Assembly (NCBI GenBank): GCA_014382805.1
Contig: JACNIZ010000220.1
Coordinates: forward strand, 1 to 47,055
DNA: 47,055 nucleotides
Reading direction: 5' to 3'
Origin: Planctomycetota bacterium
GTDB taxonomy: Bacteria; Planctomycetota; UBA1135
Below, piece by piece: positions 45,920-47,055 of the stretch. Numbering within the stretch: the first letter of the stretch is position 1; each line of letters begins with the position of its first letter. The notes under the pieces were generated by a model. It was given only the letters and a program-made list of their open reading frames with translations. It was not told where the DNA came from and ran no database searches. The position numbers were made by a program, and so were the translations under genes.

Positions 45920-46705
45920 ATGGCTCCTTCATCAATGATCCCTTTCTACCAACCGGTCGCCAACGAGCTCGAACTGTTCGAACATTGCTGGCGTCAACGC
46001 TTGCCGCTGATGCTGAAAGGCCCGACTGGCTGCGGCAAGTCGCGCTTTGTGGAACACATGGCCGCGAAGTTAGACATGCCTTTGACCACCGTCGCTTGTC
46101 ACGATGACACCAGTGCCGCCGATTTACTTGGGCGTTGGTTAGTGCGCGGCGGTAACACCGTTTGGCAAGATGGACCGGTCACGCGCGCGGTACGCCAAGG
46201 CGGAATTCTGTACTTGGATGAAATCGCCGAAGCACGTCCCGACGTCGTCGTTGCGCTGCACCCGCTGACCGACCACCGTCGCCAAATTCACTTGGAAGCG
46301 CACGGTGAAGAAATTCAAGCAGCCGACGATTTCATGATGGTGGTGTCTTTCAATCCGGGCTATCAGCGCGGCTGGAAAGAACTGAAACCGTCCACGCGGC
46401 AACGCTTTGTGGCCTTAAGCTTCGACTACCCCGAGCAAGAACTGGAAGCTGGCATCGTAGTTGGCGAAACCGCTTGTTCCCCCGACGTCGCCAAACGCTT
46501 GGTCAAATTGGCCGGCAAACTGCGCGGCTTGGACGAGTTGGGTTTGGCCGAAAAGGCATCAACCCGCTTGTTGGTGGATGCCGCTCGCTTAATCCAATCT
46601 GGACTTCCGCCACGCGCCGCTTGCGTAGCCGCGATCTGCGAACCACTCTCCGACGAAACCGACGTGCTGGAAGCGCTGCGCGAAGTTTGTGCGCTAGCGT
46701 TTTAA
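45920..46705 (+). CDS. norQ: CbbQ/NirQ/NorQ AAA+ ATPase
   Basis: GPTGCGKSRF, VACHDD, WQDGPVTRAVRQG, YLDEIAEAR, LKPSTRQRF, ASTRLL. Start is 45920, or TTG 45881. Confidence 0.93.
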   Translation: MAPSSMIPFYQPVANELELFEHCWRQRLPLMLKGPTGCGKSRFVEHMAAKLDMPLTTVACHDDTSAADLLGRWLVRGGNTVWQDGPVTRAVRQGGILYLDEIAEARPDVVVALHPLTDHRRQIHLEAHGEEIQAADDFMMVVSFNPGYQRGWKELKPSTRQRFVALSFDYPEQELEAGIVVGETACSPDVAKRLVKLAGKLRGLDELGLAEKASTRLLVDAARLIQSGLPPRAACVAAICEPLSDETDVLEALREVCALAF

Positions 46706-46741
46706 TTCCGTGAGTTTCCAATCGTCGGCGTTACCAAGTAG

Positions 46742-47055
46742 ATGACTCAGCGCTCCGAACCTCCGGAACTGCACCTAGAGTTCGCTGAAGAATTTTTCGG
46801 CGCACTGTGGAAACGTTTGCGCAAACGCAAATTGGACCCGGGACCCAACGCCGCTCGCTTTGTTGAGATGGAGGTAGCACTTTCGGCGGTAGTGCAAGCC
46901 TTTGCCGGCGGGGTAGTCCGCGTGGCCGAAGCCGAAGCAAGTGGAGGCGTGCAACGGCAAGTGGCCTTGCTACCCCGGTGGATTGCACTGAGTCATGAAC
47001 CGCAGCAAAAACGCGACTTTCTTTTTACAAGAGCCGCCATTTTAGGTGCGGTCAT
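46742..47055 (+). CDS. norD: NorD (VWA-domain NOR activation protein), N-terminal part; runs off the window
   Basis: Not in the ORF track. The open frame MTQRSEPPELHLEFAEEFFGALWKR...QAFAGG...LLPRWIALSHEPQQKRDFLFTRAA resembles the NorD N-terminus and follows norQ. Confidence 0.7.
   Translation, partial: MTQRSEPPELHLEFAEEFFGALWKRLRKRKLDPGPNAARFVEMEVALSAVVQAFAGGVVRVAEAEASGGVQRQVALLPRWIALSHEPQQKRDFLFTRAAILGAV

Overview
Gene-dense bacterial window, most likely from a planctomycete of an OM190/UBA1135-like lineage. This is inferred from the membrane-anchored ECF sigma factors fused to CarboxypepD_reg-like repeats, an FG-GAP protein and a Ser/Thr kinase-TPR relic. I found no rRNA, tRNA, CRISPR array or mobile element. 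Left to right it holds: a truncated voltage-gated K+ channel; a VOC protein; two giant ECF sigma fusions; a CPBP protease; a speY/speA/speB polyamine cluster; a stand-alone qNOR-family heme-copper protein; a CM-PDT-ACT-DAHP synthase fusion with a Phe/Tyr leader-peptide attenuator; GH2 and GH20 glycosidases; a decayed kinase gene; an FG-GAP protein; korA with a frameshifted korB; an MSHA/T2SS-like pilus cluster with PilZ domains and sigma28-like promoters; and a NorR/sigma54-controlled hemerythrin-norC(dihaem)-norB-norQ-norD operon. The standout is the qNOR-like gene at 14208-16586. It carries the substitutions reported for putative oxygenic nitric oxide dismutases (Nod): HH to HN at the FeB ligands, E to Q, and loss of the quinol-binding His and Asp. 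It lies about 27 kb from a canonical cNOR operon, and a NorR-type GT-N7-AC box occurs upstream of both.
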